Positions 19,557-28,252 of a stretch of 64,000 bases of DNA are shown piece by piece; position 1 is the first letter of the stretch, and the number at the start of each line of letters is the position of its first letter. Source of the stretch: an uncultured Clostridia bacterium (GTDB lineage: Bacteria > Bacillota > Clostridia > TANB77 > CAG-508); the NCBI GenBank assembly GCA_934167965.1, contig CAKPMJ010000002.1:191013-255012 (forward strand), read 5' to 3'. Under the pieces are notes generated by a model. That model saw only the letters and a program-made list of their open reading frames with translations. It had not been told where the DNA came from and searched no databases. The position numbers and the translations under genes were made by a program.

Positions 19557-20182
19557 TTATTTTAAATTGTCTATCTCTTCTTTACTAAGACCTGTTGCTT
19601 TTATAATATCTGATATATTAATATTTAGATTTAATAATTCCTTTGCTATTTCTAATTGCTTTTTTCGTTCTCCTTCTTTTATTCCTTCTCTTCGTCCTTC
19701 TTCTTTTCCTACTTCATTTGCATACTGCTTTATCGCTTTTTCATCCATTATATGTTTCATTCTTAGTCTTGCTAATTCTCTTTCTCTTTCATCTTGCTGA
19801 ATTTTATTTAATTCGTTTTTTGCCTCTTTGATATCTTCATTTTCTTTCATATCTTCTTCACCTACTTTTTCAGGATATAATAAGAACTTTGCCCATATCT
19901 TTAATTTGTCATTCTTGTCTATCTGTTCATTATCCAAAGCCTTTATTAACTTTGGTAATTCGATTATATGCAACTCTAACATTTCTGTCAATACTTTTTT
20001 ACTAAATTCTTCTTCTTTTATCTCCCATTTAGTGTGACTTTTTGGTATGTCTTTTAATTAGATAGTATACTATTAATTAGTCCTTTTGTGATTTTTTCAT
20101 TTCCTACATGTCCAAATATTCTTTTGAATACATAATCATTTGTTGGCTTTAGTGCCTCCTCTGTTTCTTTTTGTTTTGCTAT
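19557..20182 (-). pseudogene. decayed Rpn/YhgA-like PD-(D/E)XK nuclease (transposase_31 family) gene: N-terminal 43 codons plus in-frame-shifted C-terminal 144 codons, catalytic core deleted
   Basis: The N-fragment reads IAKQKETEEALKPTNDYVFKRIFGHVGNEKITKGLINSILSN*. ATA sits where ATG is expected, 7 nt after AAAGGAGG. The C-fragment ORF (19557-19991) reads ...LELHIIELPKL...EEGRREGIKEGERKKQLEIAKELL.., typical of the Rpn C-terminus, in a different frame. Confidence 0.7.
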
Positions 20183-20325
20183 AACTATTCCTCCTTTGAT
20201 GTTTTATTTTCTTTTTGATTTCTTTGGCGAATTGCCTTTAGAGCTTTGAATTAAATTTTCTTGAATAGAGTATTTTATTTCCATATATTACCATATCAAT
20301 TTTATTTTGTCAATAGCTTAAACAA

Positions 20326-20352
20326 AAAAGAGACCTAAAGTGGTCTCTCTAT
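20326..20352 (-). terminator. intrinsic terminator after hup
   Basis: AGAGACC-acttta-GGTCTCT hairpin followed by TTTTTT on the minus strand. Confidence 0.65.
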
Positions 20353-20378
20353 GAATTCATAATTTTTTATCTATAAAA

Positions 20379-20657
20379 TTATTTTTTATTTACTAATTCT
20401 TTTAGTTGTTTACCAGCTTTGAATACTGGAGCTTTAGATGCAGGTATTTTTATTTCTTCCTTAGTTTGTGGATTTCTACCCTTTCTTGCTGCTCTTTTTC
20501 TAACTTCGAAAGATCCAAATCCAACTAATTGAACTTTATCACCTTTCTTTAGAGCTTCTTTAACAACTGATACAAAAGCGTCTACTGATGCTTCAGCAGA
20601 TTTTTTTGTGTCTCCTGTTTTTGCAGCTACTGCTGCTACTAAATCAGCCTTGTTCAT
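20379..20657 (-). CDS. hup: DNA-binding protein HU
   Basis: 92 aa, [15 protein letters not shown]...[20 protein letters not shown]. Confidence 0.93.
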   Translation of the reverse strand: MNKADLVAAVAAKTGDTKKSAEASVDAFVSVVKEALKKGDKVQLVGFGSFEVRKRAARKGRNPQTKEEIKIPASKAPVFKAGKQLKELVNKK

Positions 20658-20784
20658 TTACATTACCTCCTATAAGATTTATGTTTTATGTAGTTAATAT
20701 TAATGCTTCTTTTGCACCATATGCCCTACTATTTAGAATTATTCGCCAATCTTCGATAAATTCCCTCTTTTTTTTTGAAAATAT

Positions 20785-22146
20785 TTATTTTTTTCGAAAA
20801 TTATGCAATAAAAACCCTAAACTTACTAATAAAACTACTAGATTACAAATAATATTTCCTATTGCCGCACCATTTATACCTATATATTGATTTTTTATTA
20901 AAATGACATTAGAAACTAATTTAAACATCACTCCTACAAAAGATGAAATTACAGGAATATTATTTTTTCCTATTGCTTGTAATATTGAATTTATTGTTTG
21001 GGCAAATAATGAAAATAATATCGATATACTATTTACCCTAAGTAACAAAACTCCACTACTTGCATTTGGAAATAATACTTTTAAAATAAGTGGTGCAAAA
21101 ATTATCATTCCAATAGTTGATGGTATAGCTATAATTGTTGTTATTATAATAAATATTTTTGATTTTCTTTTTACTTCTTTTATATCTTTTATAGCCATAC
21201 TTCTAGCTATGCTTGGAACAAACCCTGTAACAAATGGTACATTAATTGATAATGGCAATAAACACAATGTATCTATCTTTCCACTCAAAATACCATATTG
21301 TAATTTTGCACTTGACTCACTCATATATTTTTTTAATATTCTTACAACTGTAAAAGCATCTATATTCTTATTAAAAGATGACATCAATGCACTAAGTGAA
21401 ACAGGTACAGATTCTTCTAATATTTGTTTTATAGTTTTTCTTATTCTCGTTGCTTGATAATTTACTGATTGTTTTATTTCTTGTGCTATCTCTCCTCTTC
21501 TTTTTCTATAATATATGTATATATATGAAAAACTACTAAAAGTTGCTACTGTCGTTGCTAAATTTGCTGCAGCGGCCATTAATGTAGTGTTTATACTTGA
21601 TACTTTTACTACTATTTCTACTAATATTATAGTAAATAAAGTTTTAAATATTTGCTCCATTGATTGTGACCTTGCTGTTGCTGATAAATTTTGTCTTCCA
21701 TTAAAGTATCCTCTTATAACAGATGTTATTGATACAAAGAATATTGATGGTGCAAGAGCAATTAATGAATATTCTGCCTCTGGTATTTGCAGCCATACAT
21801 TTGCTATAGTTTTAGCACCTAAAAACAATAAAACAGTTCCTATTATTCCAAATGTAGCAAAAGTAAAAAATGAAATTTTAAATACTCTATATGCACTTTT
21901 AGCATCACCTATAGCCAATCTTTCAGACACCAATTTGGCTATTGCATTTGGAACCCCTATTGATGAAAATGTAAGTAATAAAGCATATATTTGAAATCCA
22001 CTACTATAAGTAGCATTTCCAGCATCCCCAAATCCTTCTCTATTTGTAAGATATAACTTATACAAAAGTCCAATAATTTTTATAAGTATTTGAGAAAACA
22101 ATAAAGCCACTATTCCTTGTACAATTGATTCTTTTTTTACTTTCAA
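20785..22146 (-). CDS. MOP-superfamily polysaccharide flippase, SpoVB-like
   Basis: 453 aa, polytopic membrane protein with Wzx/SpoVB-family composition. Confidence 0.65.
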   Translation of the reverse strand: MKVKKESIVQGIVALLFSQILIKIIGLLYKLYLTNREGFGDAGNATYSSGFQIYALLLTFSSIGVPNAIAKLVSERLAIGDAKSAYRVFKISFFTFATFGIIGTVLLFLGAKTIANVWLQIPEAEYSLIALAPSIFFVSITSVIRGYFNGRQNLSATARSQSMEQIFKTLFTIILVEIVVKVSSINTTLMAAAANLATTVATFSSFSYIYIYYRKRRGEIAQEIKQSVNYQATRIRKTIKQILEESVPVSLSALMSSFNKNIDAFTVVRILKKYMSESSAKLQYGILSGKIDTLCLLPLSINVPFVTGFVPSIARSMAIKDIKEVKRKSKIFIIITTIIAIPSTIGMIIFAPLILKVLFPNASSGVLLLRVNSISILFSLFAQTINSILQAIGKNNIPVISSFVGVMFKLVSNVILIKNQYIGINGAAIGNIICNLVVLLVSLGFLLHNFRKK

Positions 22147-22198
22147 GTTTTCTCCTCCTAAAAATTGGCTAATCTTTCCAAAAAATCGTTAAAAAGTA

Positions 22199-22228
22199 TT
22201 GACAAATTAAGTATTTTGTTATAAAATT
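22199..22228 (+). promoter_or_regulatory. promoter (TTGACA) and leader for rplM-rpsI; likely L13 leader region
   Basis: TTGACAaattaagtattttgttaTAAAAT, then a ~110-nt leader before the rplM RBS GGAGGG. Confidence 0.4.
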
Positions 22229-22339
22229 ATTCAGTATTCTAAAAAATATGAATTAAATATAAAACTTCTCCCCGGTAGTTTTAAATTTGATTTTCATATA
22301 TAATAAATAAAATTTAAATATAGGAGGGTATATTTTACC

Positions 22340-22774
22340 ATGAATAATACTACATATAGCGTTAAAAAAAGTGAAATTGAAAGAAAATGGTATATAATTG
22401 ATGCAGCAAATAAACCATTAGGTAGAGTTGCTACTGAAGCTGCTAGATTACTTGCTGGAAAACATAAACCAATCTATACAAAAAATATAGATACAGGTGA
22501 TCATGTTATAATTATTAATTGTAAAGATGCTATCTTAACAGGAAGCAAATTAAATCAAAAAATTTATAGACATCATTCAGGATATATTGGAGGAATGAAA
22601 GAAACTCCTGCTAAAGATATGATGGAAAAAAATCCAACAAAAGCTATGATGTTAGCAGTTAAAGGAATGTTACCTCATAATTCTTTAGGAGCTCAAATGT
22701 TAAAGAAATTAAGAGTTTATGCTGATAACAATCATGAAAATCAAGCACAAAAACCAGAAATTTGGAATTTTTAG
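22340..22774 (+). CDS. rplM: 50S ribosomal protein L13
   Basis: 144 aa, ...ERKWYIIDAANKPLGRVATEAARLL... Confidence 0.93.
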   Translation: MNNTTYSVKKSEIERKWYIIDAANKPLGRVATEAARLLAGKHKPIYTKNIDTGDHVIIINCKDAILTGSKLNQKIYRHHSGYIGGMKETPAKDMMEKNPTKAMMLAVKGMLPHNSLGAQMLKKLRVYADNNHENQAQKPEIWNF

Positions 22775-22789
22775 AAGGAGGAAATATAA

Positions 22790-23185
22790 ATGGCAGACAA
22801 AATAAATTATTGTGGTACTGGTAGAAGAAAAAATTCTATCGCTAGAGTAAGATTAGTAGAAGGTACTGGAAAAATCACAATTAACGGAAAAGATATTGAA
22901 GAATATTTTGGAATGGAAACTTTAAAAGTTATAGTTAGACAACCATTAACAGTTACAAACACTACAGCAAAATATGATGTTATTTGTAAAGTTTGCGGTG
23001 GTGGTTTCACTGGTCAAGCTGGTGCTATACGTCATGGTATAGCTAGAGCTTTAAATGAAGCTAACGATGAATATAGACCTATTTTAAAATCAAACGGATT
23101 CTTAACAAGAGATCCTCGTATGAAAGAAAGAAAGAAATATGGTCTTAAGAAAGCTAGAAAAGCTCCACAATTCTCAAAGAGATAA
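22790..23185 (+). CDS. rpsI: 30S ribosomal protein S9
   Basis: 131 aa, ends [12 protein letters not shown]. Confidence 0.93.
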   Translation: MADKINYCGTGRRKNSIARVRLVEGTGKITINGKDIEEYFGMETLKVIVRQPLTVTNTTAKYDVICKVCGGGFTGQAGAIRHGIARALNEANDEYRPILKSNGFLTRDPRMKERKKYGLKKARKAPQFSKR

Positions 23186-23208
23186 TTATATATTCAATAT
23201 ATATCAAA

Positions 23209-23240
23209 AAACGGAAGTATTACACTTCCGTTTTTTTACT
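23209..23240. terminator. intrinsic terminator after rpsI (bidirectional)
   Basis: ACGGAAGT-attaca-CTTCCGT hairpin followed by TTTTTTT. Confidence 0.65.
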
Positions 23241-23255
23241 TTTCTGTACTCATTA

Positions 23256-24113
23256 TTAAACACACTCTCTCCAATCAGTAACTAACTTGGCACCTTGTTT
23301 AATTAAATCATTTGTACCAACAGAATTTTCCGATACAATATTTCCAGGAACAACAAATACATCTCTTCCCTGTTCTAAAGCAAAATCAACAGTAATTAAA
23401 GTGCCACTCTTCTCTTTTGCTTCAACAACTAAAAGTCCATTACTCATTCCACTTATTATTCTATTTCTGGCTGGAAAATTTTCTTTTTTTGGCTTTGTTC
23501 CTAATGGGTATTCAGAAATAATTGTTCCTCCGGAATCTAAAATTTTTTGAGATAAATTTATATTTTCTTTTGGATAAATAGTATCCAATCCATTTCCTAA
23601 AATTGCAACTGTCATTTTATTTGCCTCCACAGCTCCTAAATGGGCTTCTGAGTCAATTCCTATAGCTAAACCACTAATTATATTAATATCTTGTTTTGAA
23701 ATATTGTAAGCAAAATCTCTTGCTACTTTTCTTCCATAATCTGTTGCCTTTCTACATCCTACAATACTTATTGATTTGTTATTTAATATCTCTTTATTTC
23801 CTCTAATATACAAACATATTGGAGGATCATATATCTCTTTTAAAATATTTGGGTATTGTTTATCTTCTATTGATATAATATCTATATTATTTTTCTTCAT
23901 AAAATTAACATGCTTTTCTACATATTTTCTTAAAACTTGATTTAAAATTAAATTTGATAGATTCTCTCCAATCCCTTTGACTTCTAATAGATCTTTTTTG
24001 TTGGCATACCATATATTTCTTTTATTACCAAATCTTTGAATTAAATTATTATACTTTTTGATTCCTAAATTATTAATGAGTGAAATCCATACTTTATAGT
24101 ATTTTTCTTCTAT
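23256..24113 (-). CDS. dprA: DNA processing protein DprA (Smf); start uncertain. The ORF track begins at ATG 23900, but an in-frame N-terminal SAM-like domain continues upstream to a possible ATA at 24113
   Basis: Rossmann-like DprA core GLAIGIDSEAHLGA...VVEAKEKSGTLITVDFALEQGRDVFVVPG. The upstream in-frame sequence ...EEKYYKVWISLINNLGIKKYNNLIQRFGNKRNIWYANKKDLLEVKGIGENLSNLIL matches the DprA N-terminal helix-hairpin-helix/SAM domain. There is no ATG/GTG/TTG between the stop at 24132-34 and 23900. AAAGGA sits 9 nt before the ATA at 24113. Confidence 0.75.
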   Translation of the reverse strand: MEEKYYKVWISLINNLGIKKYNNLIQRFGNKRNIWYANKKDLLEVKGIGENLSNLILNQVLRKYVEKHVNFMKKNNIDIISIEDKQYPNILKEIYDPPICLYIRGNKEILNNKSISIVGCRKATDYGRKVARDFAYNISKQDINIISGLAIGIDSEAHLGAVEANKMTVAILGNGLDTIYPKENINLSQKILDSGGTIISEYPLGTKPKKENFPARNRIISGMSNGLLVVEAKEKSGTLITVDFALEQGRDVFVVPGNIVSENSVGTNDLIKQGAKLVTDWRECV

Positions 24114-24195
24114 ATAAAACAGTCCTTTCTTTTATAAATTAAGTTACAGTATATCACAGATTTCCTAAAAATTCTATATTTTTCATTACTTTTTT

Positions 24196-24224
24196 TGACA
24201 AATTTACAAAATCGGTCTATAATA
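24196..24224 (+). promoter_or_regulatory. sigma-A promoter TTGACA-17-TATAAT
   Basis: TTGACAaatttacaaaatcggtcTATAAT, 35 nt upstream of the 24260 start (RBS AAGGGGAA). Confidence 0.6.
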
Positions 24225-24259
24225 TATTCATATGAAATAATTAAGGGGAATAAATAAAT

Positions 24260-25111
24260 ATGTTTGGATTTAGAAGTGACGGAAAAAAAGCAAAAAATAT
24301 ACCACCATTTTTTAGGGTTATACCTAATATAATGATGACAAGAAATGACTCACAAGTTTATTTTAAGGAAGATATTGTACTAAATGGAATGGATGCATAC
24401 ATAAGCAAAAAAATGGAAGAGGGAATAAAAATATCATACATGAATATTATTTTTGCAGCTATAGTAAGAATAATAGCAGAAAGACCTCAGTTAAATAGAT
24501 TTGCTATGAATGGATGTTTATATAATCGAAATGAATTGACTGTTTCACTTGCTATAAAAAAGAGTTTATCTGATGATGGGCAAGAAACAGTGTTAAAAAT
24601 GCCTTTTACAGGCAATGAAAATTTACTTGAAATTAAAGAAAAAATGGATTCTATAATTAGATTAAACAAAGAAAATACCAGTGAAAATAAAACTGATAGA
24701 CTTGCTAATTTATTAAACTTGGTTCCTGATTTCTTATTAAGATTTGTTATTAGGTTTTTAGTATTTGCTGATAAACATGGCTTTTTAATAAAACCTATTA
24801 TAAAAGCAAGCCCATTTCACACTAGTGTATTTTTAACTAATGTTGGATCACTTGGTATTGATAGTATTTATCATCATTTATATAATTTTGGTACTACTAG
24901 TATGTTTTTTGCAATGGGGAAAAAGAAAAAAAGCTATGTCTATGATGATGATGAAATTAGAGAAGAAAAATGTATTACATTATCATTCGTTGGAGATGAG
25001 AGAATTTGCGATGGTTATTATTTTGCATCTTCATTTAAATTACTATGTAAATACTTAAAAAATCCTGAATTATTGGAAGAAAAAAAATCTAAAGAAAAGG
25101 AAAATGTTTAA
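24260..25111 (+). CDS. 2-oxoacid dehydrogenase E2-like acyltransferase catalytic-domain protein (no lipoyl/E3-binding domains); catalytic His replaced by Glu
   Basis: 283 aa. The fold signature matches the CAT-like E2 catalytic domain (...TNVGSLGIDS..., ...LSFVGDERICDGYYFASSFK). The canonical DHRxxDG motif reads DERICDG here. Confidence 0.6.
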   Translation: MFGFRSDGKKAKNIPPFFRVIPNIMMTRNDSQVYFKEDIVLNGMDAYISKKMEEGIKISYMNIIFAAIVRIIAERPQLNRFAMNGCLYNRNELTVSLAIKKSLSDDGQETVLKMPFTGNENLLEIKEKMDSIIRLNKENTSENKTDRLANLLNLVPDFLLRFVIRFLVFADKHGFLIKPIIKASPFHTSVFLTNVGSLGIDSIYHHLYNFGTTSMFFAMGKKKKSYVYDDDEIREEKCITLSFVGDERICDGYYFASSFKLLCKYLKNPELLEEKKSKEKENV

Positions 25112-25121
25112 GTGTAGTGAA

Positions 25122-25190
25122 GAGTGTCAGTGGGGACGTTCCTTTTTGACAATACAATATTGTCAAAAAGGAACGTCCCCACTGACACTC
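25122..25190. repeat. perfect 33-bp-arm inverted repeat (GC-rich hairpin, 3-nt loop) between convergent genes
   Basis: GAGTGTCAGTGGGGACGTTCCTTTTTGACAATA-caa-TATTGTCAAAAAGGAACGTCCCCACTGACACTC. No flanking U-run. Confidence 0.85.
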
Positions 25191-25201
25191 TCCACAGACA
25201 T

Positions 25202-25924
25202 TTATTCATTAAAGTAATCAATAATTCCATTATAGATTCCCCAAGCCAACCTATTTTGGTAATTATCTTCAAGCAAAAGTTTTTCTTCTTCTAAATTAGA
25301 TAAAAATCCACATTCCACTATAGCAATTGGAATTTCTACATTATTTATGATATAAATATTATCAATTTTAGATGCTACTCTTTTATTTTCTTTTTGAATT
25401 GATTCATTTAAATTTGTTTGTATAGATGTAGCCAAACTTTTTCCTTTTTCACTATCTTTATTATAAAATGTTTGCCATCCATAATATTGTGCTTGTGGAA
25501 TTTTATTTAAATGTATTGATACAAATATATCGGCAGAACTTTCATTTCCTATCTTTACTCTATTTCTTATATCTGATATCTTTTTTTGCTTCAAAGTCTT
25601 ACTATCAATATCATATATTCCCTCTTCATCTGAACGTGTTAATATTACATTGCATCCGCTCTGTTCCAATAAATTTTGTAACTTTAATGCTATTTTCAAA
25701 TTAGTTTGAGCTTCTGTTGTTCCATCTGCTGCTTGCGCTCCTTCATCTGGTTTTCCATGTCCTGCATCAATAACTACAGTTTTACCGGAAACAGAAAGAC
25801 TCACAGTTTCTATATAATCATTATTTCCTTTATTCATATTCAATGTTATACAACATACTAATACAATAAAAAATATACTTAAAGTTGTATATACTATTTT
25901 CTTTCTACTTAATATAACCATAAA
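25202..25924 (-). CDS. cwlD: N-acetylmuramoyl-L-alanine amidase CwlD-like (germination-specific, Amidase_3)
   Basis: N-terminal TM, VVIDAGHGKPDEGA and Amidase_3 fold. A GTG alternative start lies 4 codons upstream. Synteny rpsI...cwlD as in Bacillus. Confidence 0.8.
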   Translation of the reverse strand, partial: FMVILSRKKIVYTTLSIFFIVLVCCITLNMNKGNNDYIETVSLSVSGKTVVIDAGHGKPDEGAQAADGTTEAQTNLKIALKLQNLLEQSGCNVILTRSDEEGIYDIDSKTLKQKKISDIRNRVKIGNESSADIFVSIHLNKIPQAQYYGWQTFYNKDSEKGKSLATSIQTNLNESIQKENKRVASKIDNIYIINNVEIPIAIVECGFLSNLEEEKLLLEDNYQNRLAWGIYNGIIDYFNE

Positions 25925-25985
25925 AAACCTCACACATATAACTCTATTTGAATTATATGTGTGAGATTTTTATTTATTACATTAA

Positions 25986-26729
25986 TTACATTGCTTCTTC
26001 AACTTTATTTTCTGTCTCTTCTGCTTCTTCTCTGTCTTCAGCTGGTTTAACAACTTCTAAACTTCCAATTGAAACTTCATAAGCAACTTTTTTAATTACG
26101 CTTCCATCTTCAAGTTTCTTTTCATAATTTCTTGATTGAACTCTACCTACAATTTTAACTTCTGTTCCAACTTCTATGTTTTGACAGAATCTTGCATTAC
26201 GTCCCCAAGCAATTGATGGAATATAATCTGATTTATTATAAGCCCTGTTTACAGCTAATAATATATCTGCTATTTCTCTTCCAAATGGTGTTTGTCTATA
26301 TATAGGCTTTTTGCAAATATATCCTACTAATACAACTTCATTTGTAATAGTATCTTTTTTTGCAAATTCTTTTTGTTCTGTTCCTTCATTTTCTTCGCTT
26401 TCAGCTTCTTGATTTTCTTCTACATCATCAAGTTTTTCAATGTCTTTAGCAAACACTGTAAGTATTAATTTGTTCTTTTCATTTTCATAGCTGTTGTAAG
26501 ATCTAAATTGTCCTTTTATTAATAATTTTGTACCCATTTCCATCATTTCATCTGTGAATAATCTTTCAGATGCTGTTACTGGGATTACGTCTGATGTTCC
26601 ACTTAAACGTGGAATTAAAAGGTCAAATGAATAAAACCTTTCTCCATAAATTTCGTGACTGAATTGTTTTTCAGATGTTACCTTTCCTACTAATGTTAAG
26701 TAGTTGTTTTCTAAATAATTTGTATCCAA
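25986..26729 (-). CDS. SSB-like protein with two tandem OB folds, no canonical acidic DDIPF tail
   Basis: 247 aa with TTG start after GGGAGG. Both halves fit the SSB OB pattern (LTLVGKVTSE...; LVGYICKKPIYRQTPFGREIADILLAVNR...IAWGRNARF...GRVQSRNYE). The acidic C-terminus ends VEEAM. Confidence 0.6.
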   Translation of the reverse strand: MDTNYLENNYLTLVGKVTSEKQFSHEIYGERFYSFDLLIPRLSGTSDVIPVTASERLFTDEMMEMGTKLLIKGQFRSYNSYENEKNKLILTVFAKDIEKLDDVEENQEAESEENEGTEQKEFAKKDTITNEVVLVGYICKKPIYRQTPFGREIADILLAVNRAYNKSDYIPSIAWGRNARFCQNIEVGTEVKIVGRVQSRNYEKKLEDGSVIKKVAYEVSIGSLEVVKPAEDREEAEETENKVEEAM

Positions 26730-26853
26730 TTTTTATTCCTCCCTATTTTTAGATTTATCGATAGTATGTTTTAATTTTTTGCCTCTCCTAAATCTCATAG
26801 TTCTTATTATACACCATTTTTTTGGTTTTGTCTACATAAAAAGTTAATTTTTA

Positions 26854-27363
26854 CTAAATTTTTTTCAAAAATTTGCCATAAATGCTTAAAACTGTGAATA
26901 TTGACAAGGTATTACATAATTTTTTTAAATTATTTTTTGCTATTTTTATGTTAAATTCTTGTTCTTCTATGTCTTTTTCATTTATATCTTTAAAACTTTT
27001 TTGTATACATATCATAATATCTTCATCTTCTACACTAGAAATTGTAATTATAGCTTTTTGATTTAATCCATAAGTTATTATATTTTTATTTACTCCTCCT
27101 AATATAGATATATCTTTTACTACATCAGTATTTATAACTAAATATTTAGCATTTCTAATTATCTCTTCCAAATATTTTGAATTTTCTAGTAATTTATTTA
27201 TACTATCATTTATTACTATTGTTTCAAATCTTATATTTTTTATATTCTCTATATTTCTATTATTTATATTGAATATTTCTAATTTGCTGTCAGTATTCTT
27301 CAAAATTTCATTCCTTATAAAATTACTATCACATTCTTTTGAAATAATTCCAATAAAAGGCAT
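26854..27363 (-). CDS. hypothetical protein
   Basis: ORF with an ATG preceded by GAAGGGGAG (the TTG 5 codons upstream has no RBS). No confident family assignment. Confidence 0.45.
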   Translation of the reverse strand: MPFIGIISKECDSNFIRNEILKNTDSKLEIFNINNRNIENIKNIRFETIVINDSINKLLENSKYLEEIIRNAKYLVINTDVVKDISILGGVNKNIITYGLNQKAIITISSVEDEDIMICIQKSFKDINEKDIEEQEFNIKIAKNNLKKLCNTLSIFTVLSIYGKFLKKI

Positions 27364-27428
27364 AATTCTCCCCTTCAAATACTTTATATTTCTATTATAT
27401 ATCTGAATTTGAAAATTATACCTATTTT

Positions 27429-28163
27429 TTAATATTCAACTTTTACTAAATATAGCCCATTTGGAGGTAAAGTCTTTCCTGCTAACTCTCTTTTTCCTTG
27501 TGTTATAATATCAGGAATATCAGTTGCTTTAATCTTTCCAAGTCCTACATCTACTAATGTGCCTGCAATTATCCTTACCATATTATATAAAAATCCATTT
27601 CCTGTAAGCTCTATATATATTTTTTCATCTATTTTATATACTTTAGCTTCATAAATTGTTCTTACACTACTTTTACTACTCGTTCCACTTGCTTTAAATG
27701 CTCTAAAATCATGCTCTCCTTCAAAATACTTTACCGCTTTGCTCATTTCATTTACATCTAATTTTTGTGGTATATGAGTCTCTAAATATCTATAAATTGC
27801 ACTACCAATTGTTGTATTATTTATCACATACCTATATGTCTTTCTCTTACAAGTTAATCTGCTATGAAATCTGTCATCAACTTCCTCAGCATTTAATATT
27901 CTTATTGATTTCTTTAATTTAGAATTTATTGCAATAGGAAATTTATCTATTGGTAAATTGGAATCTGTTTTAAAATTAGCAACTTGTCCTAATGCATGGA
28001 CTCCAGCATCTGTTCTTCCTGATGCATTTAAATCTACCTTCTCACCTGTTATCTCTTCTATAGCTCTTTCAATACTCCCTTGTATATTTAACTTATTTGG
28101 TTGCTTTTGCCATCCATTAAATTCTCTACCATCATATTCAATAGTTAATTTTATATTCCTCAT
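27429..28163 (-). CDS. truA: tRNA pseudouridine(38-40) synthase TruA
   Basis: MRNIKLTIEYDGREFNGWQKQ...GRTDAGVHALGQVANF. The start is set at the ATG preceded by AGGGAG rather than the upstream ATG lacking an RBS. Confidence 0.88.
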   Translation of the reverse strand: MRNIKLTIEYDGREFNGWQKQPNKLNIQGSIERAIEEITGEKVDLNASGRTDAGVHALGQVANFKTDSNLPIDKFPIAINSKLKKSIRILNAEEVDDRFHSRLTCKRKTYRYVINNTTIGSAIYRYLETHIPQKLDVNEMSKAVKYFEGEHDFRAFKASGTSSKSSVRTIYEAKVYKIDEKIYIELTGNGFLYNMVRIIAGTLVDVGLGKIKATDIPDIITQGKRELAGKTLPPNGLYLVKVEY

Positions 28164-28252
28164 ATTATTTATTCTCCCTAATTCATTATAACATATTTTG
28201 CGTAAAAAAATTTGAATAACCATATAATTAGTTATTCAAATTTCAAAATTCT

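Noticed and set aside
19557-20182. Active IS/transposon
   Set aside because: The Rpn/transposase_31 homologue is fragmented (core deleted, frames differ, ATA start). No terminal inverted repeats or target duplications were seen.
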